From a virus: a stretch of 64,000 nt of DNA. Positions 36,192 through 46,013 of the stretch are shown here, piece by piece. The translations under genes were made by a program, and so were the position numbers. The number at the start of each line of letters is the position of its first letter. Position 1 is the first letter of the stretch. Below the pieces are notes generated by a model. The model had not been told where the DNA came from and searched no databases. It saw only the letters and a program-made list of their open reading frames with translations. The stretch lies in the IMG/VR virus record IMGVR_UViG_3300002225_000002. One strand, written 5' to 3'.

Positions 36192-36863
36192 TTAAGGTAA
36201 TAGAATTCCATATTCTACGTAATATTTTTCTAAAGTTGCAAACCACATCCTTCGATACTTATCATATTCGTTTCCCTGAATTATGAATTCCTTATATCTA
36301 CCGGATCTACACATCATCATTATTACCCCTTTACGTATACGTGTCCCATATAGCTCATCATGAGCGGCACCATACGCGCAAAGTTGCATCTTATAATCGT
36401 CTACATCTTCATCTTTCTTATCTTGCCTAGCGTTCTTATAATCCATAACTGCGGGTTCACCTTCATGGACCCCAACTAAATCTGTTGTGCCTGCATAAAG
36501 ATCTGGAAAGAATAATGGTGCTTCGACGCCCCATACTTCATCTACCTTAGATAGACCTTTCTTTATTACGGTATCTGCAAAGATTTTAGAGATGACAGGG
36601 ACCTTACCAACGTGTATGCCGGTATAGTGTGATTCTAATAAGTCATGCATTCCTTGGCCGATCATAACGGACTCGTCAACGATAGCTTTGGCTTCTGCCT
36701 CACCTACTCGTTCTTTCCATTGAGTTAGCCATTCTTTGTCACTGGTGTTTGACATTACGGTGGTTACTGAAGGGAGAGGTCTCTCTCCACCAACCGCGTA
36801 AAATCTTCCGTGATCTGAATATTGTCTGTGTAATTCTTTGTAATTATATTTTGGTGTGTGCAT
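36192..36863 (-). CDS. PD-(D/E)XK (RecB-like) exonuclease
   Basis: LPSVTT, GQGMH, GVEAPL, AGTTD, MDYK, QLCAY; start moved to MHTPKY. Confidence 0.85.
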   Translation of the reverse strand: MHTPKYNYKELHRQYSDHGRFYAVGGERPLPSVTTVMSNTSDKEWLTQWKERVGEAEAKAIVDESVMIGQGMHDLLESHYTGIHVGKVPVISKIFADTVIKKGLSKVDEVWGVEAPLFFPDLYAGTTDLVGVHEGEPAVMDYKNARQDKKDEDVDDYKMQLCAYGAAHDELYGTRIRKGVIMMMCRSGRYKEFIIQGNEYDKYRRMWFATLEKYYVEYGILLP

Positions 36864-36870
36864 GTGGCAC

Positions 36871-36899
36871 ATTATACCAGACTGGGTCTGGTATTACAA
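36871..36899 (-). promoter_or_regulatory. Sigma70-like promoter containing a 9-bp inverted repeat
   Basis: TTGTAA-N17-TATAAT with extended TG; ATACCAGAC-TGG-GTCTGGTAT at 36874-36894. Confidence 0.6.
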
Positions 36900-36942
36900 G
36901 CGATTTCTCGCTTATTACCAGCTTATATAATATTGAAGGTGA

Positions 36943-37824
36943 CTATGAGCTTAGCCGCCATCCCTTGTGGGATTTTCTAGTTCCCTTTGCCACTCTAGCT
37001 ATATGATTTTTGCTTATGTGTGGGTGTGACTCGCACAACTCATCTATCGTGCAAACTATATCCCCATTTTCAACGTGATACCATTTAATTACGTCTATTA
37101 TTTTTTTACTTCTTTTATCTGACTGTGCTTCGCCATTGTACAGGAACCAACCACTATGAGATTTTTGGCATCCTTTTTTGACCGAATTCAGACAATCAAT
37201 GTTCAGGTTGAAATCTTTCACCATTTTATGGGTTGACGTAGTGACTACACCGTATTCTTGGTTCCACCAGTCATATTCCGTAAGGTCGGTATTGTGATGA
37301 TATTCATTAATGATTGTCGTCTTTAGACGCCACCCTTTGCACGTTTTATTGAAGCCATTCTTCACATTTCTGATAGCAGATACTGTCATTCCATGGTCTG
37401 GATATTTTTCTAGGAGATCCCACATAGAACATTCCGCCGTGCCGTAAACTTCATGTGTCCACTCGTATACTGTCCTATCTTTCTTTTCTTCGCTAATAGC
37501 TGTTATGAACGTATGCTTTAGATCTTCGTAAAGCTTGGAGGTTTTTAGTTTATTGCCATATTTATCATGCATCATCATGTGTGCCGCTCTGGACATTCTT
37601 ACGAAGTTATCACCTTCTGTCATTTTAACTAAAAGTAAATGCGCTACGTAATGTTCACGTGATGTGAGAAATACAAGATTGTCTTTTTCATCGCTTCCTC
37701 CCATCGATTTGGGAATTATATGGTGGGACTCATAATAGACCTCGTCTTCACGAGACCTATTATAGGAGGAACATTTGTATATTAATCTGTGATATGTATC
37801 AGTGTATTTGTTATTGATGAACAT
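36943..37824 (-). mobile_element. Free-standing HNH homing endonuclease with three C-terminal NUMOD-like repeats
   Basis: ESHHIIPKSMGGSDEKDNLVFLTSREHYVAH; three ~50-aa repeats ending K..KGW.L / SHSGWFL / SHKGWRL. Confidence 0.85.
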
Positions 37825-37828
37825 AGCG

Positions 37829-38719
37829 CTACCAACTAATATACCACTGTAGAGTATCCATGGTAACTGGGTTAACTTGGATAATAAAATTGTATCCTAA
37901 ACTAATAAAATACTGTTGGATCGTATCGATTTGTAACTTCACAGCTTTATCATCAACAAGACCTGCCCACACTTCATAATAATGAGAAGGATCTACATTA
38001 ACATTATACATAGAAGACTGTGTAGTAGTGGTTATAATAGCATTAGAGCCACCTACACCTACGTCACCTACGATGATAGCTGTTGAGTTTGTGCTGTAGT
38101 TTCTGCCGCCGTTAAGGATGCTAATTTCAACTACGGAATTATCTGCTGGGTCTAATTCGATTGTTCCTATGAAACCTGAACCTGTTGATTCTGGATCTAA
38201 TATAGTAACGTATGGAGTGTCTAAGTAACCTGTGCCACCAACGGTGATAGTAATACCTAAAACATCGAAAGGCGCAACATCACTTACTGCACTAACAACA
38301 CCTTCGAATAAAATTCCAGTAGCGCCTAGGGCATGTGTTACGTCTACAACATCACCAACTTCATAATCAGAACCTCGGTCACTGATATTGAAACCGATAA
38401 CCGCACCAGTAGTTAAATCTACTAGAGGAATAGCTGCAAAACCTGTACCGGCTGTTGACGTGATAGCTACCGTAGGGGAACTTTCTATGTATTGAGATCC
38501 GCCGTCAAGAACCATGATAGATTCAATTCCGTTAGGAGTCGTAATAGGAGTTCCGCCATTGATAGTAATTTCTAATGGTGCCGTGCCTGTACAATTATTT
38601 ATAGTGTCTAAGATTTGTTGTTCTATAGCGCAAATTTCCGCATAGATAACTCTATCATTCCTAGCTTTTAACCTAGCATCGACAGCTGGCAAAAATCCAC
38701 TTCCAGAACAACCACTCAT
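37829..38719 (-). CDS. Virion structural protein with GxGY repeats, 296 aa
   Basis: GGSQY, RGSDY, GGTGYLDTPYVTI, GGRNY repeats resembling those of 34367-36154. Confidence 0.6.
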   Translation of the reverse strand: MSGCSGSGFLPAVDARLKARNDRVIYAEICAIEQQILDTINNCTGTAPLEITINGGTPITTPNGIESIMVLDGGSQYIESSPTVAITSTAGTGFAAIPLVDLTTGAVIGFNISDRGSDYEVGDVVDVTHALGATGILFEGVVSAVSDVAPFDVLGITITVGGTGYLDTPYVTILDPESTGSGFIGTIELDPADNSVVEISILNGGRNYSTNSTAIIVGDVGVGGSNAIITTTTQSSMYNVNVDPSHYYEVWAGLVDDKAVKLQIDTIQQYFISLGYNFIIQVNPVTMDTLQWYISW

Positions 38720-39045
38720 CCTATATCCCTCTTAGCTGTATCAGTTGCCATCTGACCGACGACGTCCTGATTCATTTCGTTATTTCCTGCGCCAAGATCT
38801 TGTTCAGCTTCATTACCAATAACCAACTCTTCTGGAGTAGCGCTAGTAATAAAGGGACTCTGAACAGCAATACTTGCAAGTGACTCAGCATCAACATTTT
38901 GTCCCATATTATTCAAATACTGTACAGCATATTGAGTAGGGATATTGTCATGTCCTTTTGATTTCAACACGGAAATCATAGACGACAAAGCCGACATAAT
39001 ATCGTCGGCTGAATCGTTTTCTTTAATGATCTGATATAAACGCAT
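38716..39045 (-). CDS. Putative head-associated protein, 109 aa
   Basis: CTS-like start MRLYQIIKE. Confidence 0.55.
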   Translation of the reverse strand: MRLYQIIKENDSADDIMSALSSMISVLKSKGHDNIPTQYAVQYLNNMGQNVDAESLASIAVQSPFITSATPEELVIGNEAEQDLGAGNNEMNQDVVGQMATDTAKRDIG

Positions 39046-39626
39046 TACTTACTCTTTGACTTGAGCTTAGCTTCCGTTTCCATGATCTTTTTGGCAACTG
39101 CATATCTACGAGATTCTAAAGCTGCTCTACCTAAAGGCTCTTCAGCACCGAACTCATCATCAAATGATTCTTCGCCATCACCAACAGGATCAATATCGAA
39201 TTCGCCTTCGACTTCGCCTTCAATGCCATCAATACCATCGTCATCAAAACCAATCTCAGCGTCGATTTCTCCGCCTAGCTCATCACCGCCAAACTCGTCC
39301 ATGTCTACTCCACCTGGAACTGTACCATTGCTAATGTCTGTTACAACATCATCTAAAGTATCTTTAGCTTGTGCTAGTGTTTGTAATACTGCATCCATTT
39401 CACCTTTAACAGTGTCTTGGAAAGAGTTAGCCATATCACTGCCATAGGTCAAACGCATTTGATCTACAACAGGACCAACCTGTTCATTGGCCAAACGACC
39501 AACTTTCTGAATCATATCTTGAAGTTCTTTACTGAAACCTCTAGCAGCCATAATTACTTCTGCTTCTTCGACTTCGCCTTCAAGAATTATTCTTAATTCT
39601 TTAACGTAACTTTTATTCTCATTCAT
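39045..39626 (-). CDS. Acidic putative prohead/scaffold-associated protein, 193 aa
   Basis: ILE/LES motifs, helical N-domain, G/D/E-rich tail. Confidence 0.5.
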   Translation of the reverse strand: MNENKSYVKELRIILEGEVEEAEVIMAARGFSKELQDMIQKVGRLANEQVGPVVDQMRLTYGSDMANSFQDTVKGEMDAVLQTLAQAKDTLDDVVTDISNGTVPGGVDMDEFGGDELGGEIDAEIGFDDDGIDGIEGEVEGEFDIDPVGDGEESFDDEFGAEEPLGRAALESRRYAVAKKIMETEAKLKSKSK

Positions 39627-40603
39627 TAGTAAATGCCCTTTGCCATTAATTCATCTAAAATGTTTTGTCCTAATGTTGCTTTCTCAGCATCATCAAGTTC
39701 AGTACCTGTTTCGCTACCATCACCATCAACGATAGTAATAATATTAACGAGACCAGCAGCGTCATCATATACGAATCTAACTCTAACTGGATAGGAAATT
39801 TCTTCGCCGCCGCTATCAAAGCCTGTCATGGCTATAGCGTTACCTTTGCTGGTATTGGGATTGAAAGCTAGTTTTGGTTCGTCAGCTAAATAAATATACT
39901 GTCCGCCATCTTCGCTCATGTTAAGTTTTGATCTTGCTGGGGTAGTTTCTCTGCCACTATCACGTGGACCGAATGCTGCTTTTTGGCCTCTCTGCGTATA
40001 TGCAGTAGGGACGTCTTGAGCTGCTGATCTTCTAGGTTTTCTATCTAAAGAACCGTGATCGGTATTTGGATGATAGAAATCACCGGCTTCATCTACTTCT
40101 ACTCCAAGACCTTTGACTAGAGTTTCATCTACGTCATTTACACCACCGATAAGCTTAGAAGCTACACTGTGACGTACGTCTTGTTCTACTTCGTGATCTG
40201 GATATCTGTATTTGCTAGAGCGGTATTCTCTCATAGCTACAGAAATGGCTGAATCTAAGTCATCGCCCTGATTCACGTACTTAGCCACTGCATCTGACAT
40301 CTTATCTACGATGCCTGAGTAAGGGCCAAATCGCTCAGAAGATTCCACAACTGCGCGTCGGTTTGCCAAAATTAGATCAATTGCCTCAAGCATTGCCAAG
40401 CTTTTGCCTAAATCGGCATCTTTAGGGGTACAACCGCGCACAACCTTTAGCTCGTGTATTTCGTTAATAACGTGTTCTCTCAACGAAAGAAGCTCTTTGC
40501 TGTCGCCATCAACATCTACTCTAATCTTAAAATTTTCACTTAGATAGTTATTAAGCTTTGATAGCTTCTTTTTATCATGTATTTCAATTTGATTAAGGTA
40601 CAT
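39626..40603 (-). CDS. Putative head-associated protein, 325 aa
   Basis: Follows GATAAATA; VVESSE, MSE motifs. Confidence 0.55.
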   Translation of the reverse strand: MYLNQIEIHDKKKLSKLNNYLSENFKIRVDVDGDSKELLSLREHVINEIHELKVVRGCTPKDADLGKSLAMLEAIDLILANRRAVVESSERFGPYSGIVDKMSDAVAKYVNQGDDLDSAISVAMREYRSSKYRYPDHEVEQDVRHSVASKLIGGVNDVDETLVKGLGVEVDEAGDFYHPNTDHGSLDRKPRRSAAQDVPTAYTQRGQKAAFGPRDSGRETTPARSKLNMSEDGGQYIYLADEPKLAFNPNTSKGNAIAMTGFDSGGEEISYPVRVRFVYDDAAGLVNIITIVDGDGSETGTELDDAEKATLGQNILDELMAKGIY

Positions 40604-40629
40604 ATCCTGTTATATCCTGTAGTTTCATA

Positions 40630-41100
40630 CTATTTATCAAAAATAGGCGCATTGATATCTATTCTTAGTTTACTAAGAATCTTCTTAGCATCCTTCATTC
40701 TATCAACTGCTTCGTTCAATCTATCTTCAGCAACCATCACTGCGCACATATTATCTGATGTGGCAATTGTATTACTGTAGACTAGAGTATCGTATTTATA
40801 CTTACCGTACTCATGGTCCGCTTTTACGATGTCGGAAATATTCTTATGTGGTGATTTTAACTTAACTTGGACGATAAGGAATGCAGTATCTAGACTATAT
40901 AGATTCTTACATACGCTATACTTACCAAGATGAATGTCGTAACCGAGACTAGTAGAGTGAATGACATATTCGCCAACGCTAACACCGTCCTTGATCTTCT
41001 CTTCCAATTGGTCTAACTGATAAGTTTTGATCTTTTGTTCCAGCAACTGAACTGTTTCCACGATAGTTTCCTTTTTAATTAATCCATTATGTGTATTCAT
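40630..41100 (-). CDS. Hypothetical protein, 156 aa
   Basis: Operon context. Confidence 0.55.
   Translation of the reverse strand: MNTHNGLIKKETIVETVQLLEQKIKTYQLDQLEEKIKDGVSVGEYVIHSTSLGYDIHLGKYSVCKNLYSLDTAFLIVQVKLKSPHKNISDIVKADHEYGKYKYDTLVYSNTIATSDNMCAVMVAEDRLNEAVDRMKDAKKILSKLRIDINAPIFDK
40631..40638 (-). promoter_or_regulatory. Late-like promoter GATAAATA
   Basis: 27 nt upstream of ATG 40603. Confidence 0.55.
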
Positions 41101-41738
41101 CGAGTCCTGCCCGTTTTTGGACCTGGTTTCTCGTTCTTTCTGTGTCGTTTGATTATCTGATTCGGAGTGGTACTTCCATCACGAGACATCGCTTTACACG
41201 TCATCGGCGTAGGTGACCCAATCTCTTCACCCATAGCTTCATCTTCTATCCCAGCTAACTGTCTAATACGATCTATCTCCGCCATGGCATCATCCCTATT
41301 GGTGATTGGCGCGTTAGGTATATCAGGCATATCTGAAATAGAAATATGCTGTCCGTCATCTGTTTGCATGGTCGTTTTATCGCCCATCATAGATACGCTT
41401 GAAATCTTGCTGTCTCCACTACCAGTAGAAACCATATCTCCACTTTGTAGTGCTGCCAAGTTAACCATTTCGTCATCTTGGTCTTGGTTCGCCATAGGAT
41501 CTTGTGTGCCTTGTCTAGCCGCAGTGTATGCGTTACCTTCCATGGCAATTTTACTATGAAGTATAGCTTTCACTTTAGGAGTATCGTTAGCATCAATAGC
41601 GTCTTTTAGATCGGTGTAGTCACTAAATGACATTTGCCTTAATAACTCTCTAGCCTTTGAAGAATCAACTCCGTAAGTCTGAGATAAAATTGATGATACA
41701 TCCTCGTTTAATATTCCCTTTACGATCCTATCGAACAT
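41097..41738 (-). CDS. Putative head-associated protein, 213 aa
   Basis: ILNE, AMEG and EIDRIRQLAGI motifs. Confidence 0.55.
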   Translation of the reverse strand: MFDRIVKGILNEDVSSILSQTYGVDSSKARELLRQMSFSDYTDLKDAIDANDTPKVKAILHSKIAMEGNAYTAARQGTQDPMANQDQDDEMVNLAALQSGDMVSTGSGDSKISSVSMMGDKTTMQTDDGQHISISDMPDIPNAPITNRDDAMAEIDRIRQLAGIEDEAMGEEIGSPTPMTCKAMSRDGSTTPNQIIKRHRKNEKPGPKTGRTR

Positions 41739-42031
41739 TACTTCTTTCTCCTATTGATAATAACCAACTTTCTAGACGCTGGATTTATACGTTTTGTCTT
41801 CTTAGCTTTTTTAACTAATCGTCTTCCGTATTTCTTCTTCGTCTTTTTAAGGCTTACGCTCTTACCAATGTCCAAGGGCAGACTACACTGCTCTGGACTG
41901 GATACTACGCGACCTTTTCTAAGGCCACTAGTACATCTGAATTTCTTTTTTAGCTTAGTGCCAGTACGACCCCATACTAAAGACTCATCGATGTCTTCAC
42001 TTTCACTCAATATCTCCGCTATCAACATCAA
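41738..42031 (-). CDS. Small basic protein, 97 aa
   Basis: MLIAEILSE start, KFRCTSGLRKGRVV, K/R-rich. Confidence 0.55.
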   Translation of the reverse strand: MMLIAEILSESEDIDESLVWGRTGTKLKKKFRCTSGLRKGRVVSSPEQCSLPLDIGKSVSLKKTKKKYGRRLVKKAKKTKRINPASRKLVIINRRKK

Positions 42032-42419
42032 AATCTCCCTTTAAGAATTCCAAATTCAAATCGTCACCAGACGTTTTCAAAACATTTCCACAAGGTAGAA
42101 CCGTATCGTTCAGTTCATCCTGTAATAATCCTACCGGATTGCCGTCATCACCAAGAAAAATATCGACTGCTTCAATAGCAAAATCCCAAACGTACCCAGT
42201 TCCTTTAAAGTTTTCAGATCCTAAATCTTTCACTGATCTAACTTTCTTTAATGCTGATACACTTTCGGGAATTGCCCTCAGTCCAATAGTTTGCTTTAAT
42301 ATTTCAAAATTCTTCCCTTCAGTACTTCTTAAGTTGCCGTCATCAGATAATACAATATCTTCCGATTTTAAGAACATCCTGAAAGTGTCGAAATCTTTAG
42401 TTACTCTTGGGTTATACAT
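42003..42419 (-). CDS. Hypothetical protein (start MYNPR)
   Basis: 11 nt downstream of GATAAATA at 42431-42438. Confidence 0.55.
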   Translation of the reverse strand: MYNPRVTKDFDTFRMFLKSEDIVLSDDGNLRSTEGKNFEILKQTIGLRAIPESVSALKKVRSVKDLGSENFKGTGYVWDFAIEAVDIFLGDDGNPVGLLQDELNDTVLPCGNVLKTSGDDLNLEFLKGDFDVDSGDIE

Positions 42420-42442
42420 CTTCCATTCCCTATTTATCAAGT

Positions 42443-43876
42443 TTAATTCAATTTCTTAATGATACTCTGTAAAGCATTGAAATCGCCAACTGCCGGAGTC
42501 TTTCCATCATCATCTGTAGTAGCAGCAGGAGCAGGAGCAGGAGATGCACCAGTACCACCAGTAACTACGCTAGGATCACTTCCCAACTTATTAATCACTC
42601 CAGTCGTATTTAACTGTATAGAGCTTACCGCGTCTGGGGCCAAGTCATGTATCCTAAGCGTTTTTACATTAAAGCCAAGATCAATCTTAGAACCAACACC
42701 GGCACTAGAACGCGTTTTCATGAATTGAAGCTGGTATCTACCATTCTCTTTCATTGTCGGCGTAGTAAAGATACCAAACACGTTATCCGCAGTGTTGATC
42801 TTACTCATACCACCAGCGATGTTAGCGTGTGTGAACTCTACGGTGTCTTCATGGGACGATCTATTTAACTGACTCGCAGTCGCTAATAGGGTATCCAATT
42901 CCACTGCCAAATCACGTAAGTTTTCCGTTACGTACTTATCCTTAACGAATAAGTTTTCTGGAGATATCTTAGCGTTGGTTGGCATGAACAGATCTAAGTA
43001 ATCCAATACTAACGCATCCACTTTGATGCCAGTTTGAATTTCATATTCCTTCACGAAAGCTTTGATGTCGTTTGCTGTACATCCGTTCTTCATCTGTTTA
43101 ATACGAAGTGATCCACCAAACTTCTTATTAAAGGTGTTTAGCTTAAGATGTACGTCGTCCCTATTCTTAAGAACGTCTCTGGTTCCATGATCAGTGATCA
43201 TAGCGTCAATACGCATGGCACATAGATTCTCACTAAGTTCCAATGTCACGTATATCACGTTCAGGCCCATCTCAACCCAGTTAACAGCTATATTCTGTAA
43301 GAATACAGATTTACCGGCACCTGATTGTCCAGCGAATATAGATAGCTCACCTCTATTCACTCCGCCGTACAGTTTCTCATCTAACGCGTCCCATCCAGTA
43401 GATATTGCACCTCTGGTATTAGCAACGTCATTAAGACGCTGCAGGGGATCAGCAAAGTAGTCCAAACCTAGGTCTTTTACTAAGCCTACGCTCACCGCTT
43501 GCTTTACCATGTCTTCTACTTCGCCATACCTGTGTTCTATCAACAGATCTGGAGCAGCAAATATGGCTGTTTCTATTTGTTTATGTCTTGCGAACTTTTC
43601 ATATTCATCTAAGAACCAATCACGTTCCGTGTCATCGCACTGTGTTAGTTTTTCTACTGTGACGCCCGTAACGGCCTTAATCTGTTCTAACGTAGGTAGT
43701 CCGTTGTAGTCTTTGGCGTAATCAGCCAAAAAGAATACAACTTTCCTATTATTAGCATCTGAATAATGCTCACTATCGATGATACCTAAGCATCTAACGA
43801 ATAGTGAAGGGTCGGTCACAAAAAATCTTATAAATATGTTCTCAATATCAGCAGTATATTCCTTTATATCACTCAT
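42443..43876 (-). CDS. Replicative DNA helicase (T4 gp41 / DnaB-like)
   Basis: Walker A GQSGAGKS, VTLEL, LDYLDL, TASQLNR, NTADNV, KTRSS. Confidence 0.92.
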   Translation of the reverse strand: MSDIKEYTADIENIFIRFFVTDPSLFVRCLGIIDSEHYSDANNRKVVFFLADYAKDYNGLPTLEQIKAVTGVTVEKLTQCDDTERDWFLDEYEKFARHKQIETAIFAAPDLLIEHRYGEVEDMVKQAVSVGLVKDLGLDYFADPLQRLNDVANTRGAISTGWDALDEKLYGGVNRGELSIFAGQSGAGKSVFLQNIAVNWVEMGLNVIYVTLELSENLCAMRIDAMITDHGTRDVLKNRDDVHLKLNTFNKKFGGSLRIKQMKNGCTANDIKAFVKEYEIQTGIKVDALVLDYLDLFMPTNAKISPENLFVKDKYVTENLRDLAVELDTLLATASQLNRSSHEDTVEFTHANIAGGMSKINTADNVFGIFTTPTMKENGRYQLQFMKTRSSAGVGSKIDLGFNVKTLRIHDLAPDAVSSIQLNTTGVINKLGSDPSVVTGGTGASPAPAPAATTDDDGKTPAVGDFNALQSIIKKLN

Positions 43877-44888
43877 TAAAGTTATCCATCTTCCTTTTTA
43901 GTGTTATTTTCATAGGGTTATGTTCGGCACTGGCAATAACCGATTTAACAGTCAGCAATCTTCCATATTCCTGAACTGCCTTACCCACATCTTTAATATC
44001 TTTTCGCCAGTTAGGGAAACTCACTTCCCATTTATTAGCCAATGCTATGTCCACTAATGATTGACCATCTTTATCTCTATCAGGGATGACAATGACTCTC
44101 TTTCCTAGACTGTTTATAATGTCTATCTGCGCTTGGTTCATTGTTCCCATACAAGACACACCATTACATAGATACGCGTCTATGACGCCCTCTGTAAGTA
44201 GTATGAATGGATAGTCCATAGATTGCTTATCCAGATTATAAATGAAATCTTCTGGAGTCAAATTTAGGTATCTGCGTATGTGTTTTGCGGGTGACGCAAC
44301 ATAGTATCTCCCGCTGTATCCTACAACTTCATCTTTATACCAGAAAGGCATAAGGATTCTTTTGTGCATTGAGTGCTCTGTGTTAGGTGTCCAGTACATA
44401 TCCGTAAGGTCAAGTTTCCTTTCCAGACAGTAGTTGGCAACCTTTACCAAATTCTTGTCGTTACAACCGGCTTCCAGCCAGAATAATACAGAGCGGGAAT
44501 CTGGTGGTAAATCCACCTTCTTCCACTTAGACCTAGAGTCCTCAGTAACCTTAACATCTTGGAAAATCTCGCCTGCTTCTTTCTCTCTGAAAGATTGGAA
44601 CTTAATTTTCTTGACATCGTCTGACGGAACCCCTATAGTCTCCATAAACCAAGCAAAATCTTTGCTGATTAATGAACCTCTGCCATACTTGGCTTTGAAG
44701 GCACAGTTGAAACAATGGACAGCGACGGACGTACCGCCTTCTATCTTCATCCCGAATCTGCTTTTTTTGTCTATACCATGTCCTCTATGAGGGCACAGTG
44801 GACAGTTACGGGTTTGCCAGCCTTTACGACTCGCTTTTAACCCGCCTAACTTCGGTACAATTGTTTCTATAATAGTGTCTAGTAGCAT
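43869..44888 (-). CDS. DNA primase (T4 gp61 / DnaG-like)
   Basis: Zn finger CPLC...HCFNC; TOPRIM LTEGVIDA and IPDRDKDG; start moved to MLLDT. Confidence 0.88.
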   Translation of the reverse strand: MLLDTIIETIVPKLGGLKASRKGWQTRNCPLCPHRGHGIDKKSRFGMKIEGGTSVAVHCFNCAFKAKYGRGSLISKDFAWFMETIGVPSDDVKKIKFQSFREKEAGEIFQDVKVTEDSRSKWKKVDLPPDSRSVLFWLEAGCNDKNLVKVANYCLERKLDLTDMYWTPNTEHSMHKRILMPFWYKDEVVGYSGRYYVASPAKHIRRYLNLTPEDFIYNLDKQSMDYPFILLTEGVIDAYLCNGVSCMGTMNQAQIDIINSLGKRVIVIPDRDKDGQSLVDIALANKWEVSFPNWRKDIKDVGKAVQEYGRLLTVKSVIASAEHNPMKITLKRKMDNFNE

Positions 44889-44894
44889 CCGGCT

Positions 44895-44923
44895 ATTATA
44901 ACATAGGAACACTAGTTTGGCAA
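44895..44923 (-). promoter_or_regulatory. Sigma70-like promoter for primase-helicase
   Basis: TTGCCA-N17-TATAAT with extended TG; ATG is 6 nt after the -10. Confidence 0.65.
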
Positions 44924-44928
44924 GATGT

Positions 44929-45351
44929 TTATGGCGTAGGTGGCCAATCCCCAGATAGAACTTTTAACATGACTTCTTCTAATGGCACGCCGGACATGTC
45001 AGAGAACTGTTCCCAACTGGTTATTCTTTTATTATCTACATACCAAGTATAGACTTTGTCGGACCCAATTTGCCTAATGAGTGCCGGTCCATCTATTCTA
45101 TGTAGTTTACCACGGTGATAATGTGTTAATTTTCCTGGTCCAATTACAGCCGGTAGACCATCACCCCTATGTGGGTTGCCTTCTTTATCGTACCATCTAG
45201 TTGATCCGTCGTTACTTATAGAGTAACTTCCGTTTTCATAGTTAGTTAGGCCGCTGCCATGTTCGCTTTTATTATAGACCCTATTCATATTTTTTATTTT
45301 TTCTAATTTGTCTCGATAGACCTGTAAATTCACGGACATGGTATTCTCCAA
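44929..45351 (-). CDS. Hypothetical protein with HR.DG.PA(V/L)I repeats
   Basis: HRGDGLPAVI and HRIDGPALI. Confidence 0.6.
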   Translation of the reverse strand: MENTMSVNLQVYRDKLEKIKNMNRVYNKSEHGSGLTNYENGSYSISNDGSTRWYDKEGNPHRGDGLPAVIGPGKLTHYHRGKLHRIDGPALIRQIGSDKVYTWYVDNKRITSWEQFSDMSGVPLEEVMLKVLSGDWPPTP

Positions 45352-45358
45352 AAATGGA

Positions 45359-45387
45359 AGTATACCACAACTTACGCGTTATAGCAA
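45359..45387 (-). promoter_or_regulatory. Sigma70-like promoter
   Basis: TTGCTA-N17-TATACT with extended TG. Confidence 0.6.
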
Positions 45388-45393
45388 ATATAC

Positions 45394-45401
45394 GATAAAT
45401 A
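45394..45401 (+). promoter_or_regulatory. Late-like promoter GATAAATA
   Basis: 23 nt upstream of ATG 45425. Confidence 0.55.
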
Positions 45402-45424
45402 CAGTAAACTAACGGACACTATCA

Positions 45425-45988
45425 ATGATCATTTCAGAAATCGTAGACAGAGAAGGTTCTAGCCTTGACTACAGAACAGGCGGAGACCATATTAATTTAC
45501 CAGATGGCTCTATAGCGCAGACTTGCCCACAGTGTAAGGGTAGCGGTAAAGAGGGAATCAGCAGACCTTTACAGAGAAATAATAACGAATTTATGCAAGG
45601 TGGAGACACCAACCCTACTAAGATATGCACCAATTGTCATGGTAAAGGTTACACCGACAAAGTAGAGGGTAAACTATCCATGGGTTATAATCCAGATGAT
45701 TATGAGAGCATTAAAGACTTCAAAGCTGGACATCCAGAAATATACCAATATATTCTAGATAATAAGAAAGGTAACCTTAACGCTAAGCAAGCAATTATCG
45801 AGTTGAAAAAGAATGGCTCATTAAGCGTAGAAAGATTCAGAAAAATAGAAGGTGCCATGAACAACAAAGCTAATGACATTAGTGATGATGCTGGCATAAG
45901 AGCAGCCAGTAAAATGAAGACTGACAAAAGGTGGAACGATAAGACCTACAGTAGAACAGCAGGCGGCCATCGCGGTAGACACAAATAA
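45425..45988 (+). CDS. DnaJ-type zinc-finger protein with CTS-like N-terminus
   Basis: CPQCKGSG and CTNCHGKG; starts MIISEIVDRE. Confidence 0.6.
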   Translation: MIISEIVDREGSSLDYRTGGDHINLPDGSIAQTCPQCKGSGKEGISRPLQRNNNEFMQGGDTNPTKICTNCHGKGYTDKVEGKLSMGYNPDDYESIKDFKAGHPEIYQYILDNKKGNLNAKQAIIELKKNGSLSVERFRKIEGAMNNKANDISDDAGIRAASKMKTDKRWNDKTYSRTAGGHRGRHK

Positions 45989-45990
45989 AT

Positions 45991-46013
45991 AAAGCGCCTA
46001 GGGCGCTTTTTTT
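45991..46013. terminator. Terminator between convergent genes
   Basis: AAAGCGCC-TAG-GGCGCTTT followed by a T-run. Confidence 0.75.

Noticed and set aside
36192-36863. Cas4 call for the PD-(D/E)XK nuclease
   Set aside because: Lacks the four-Cys Fe-S cluster and any CRISPR context.
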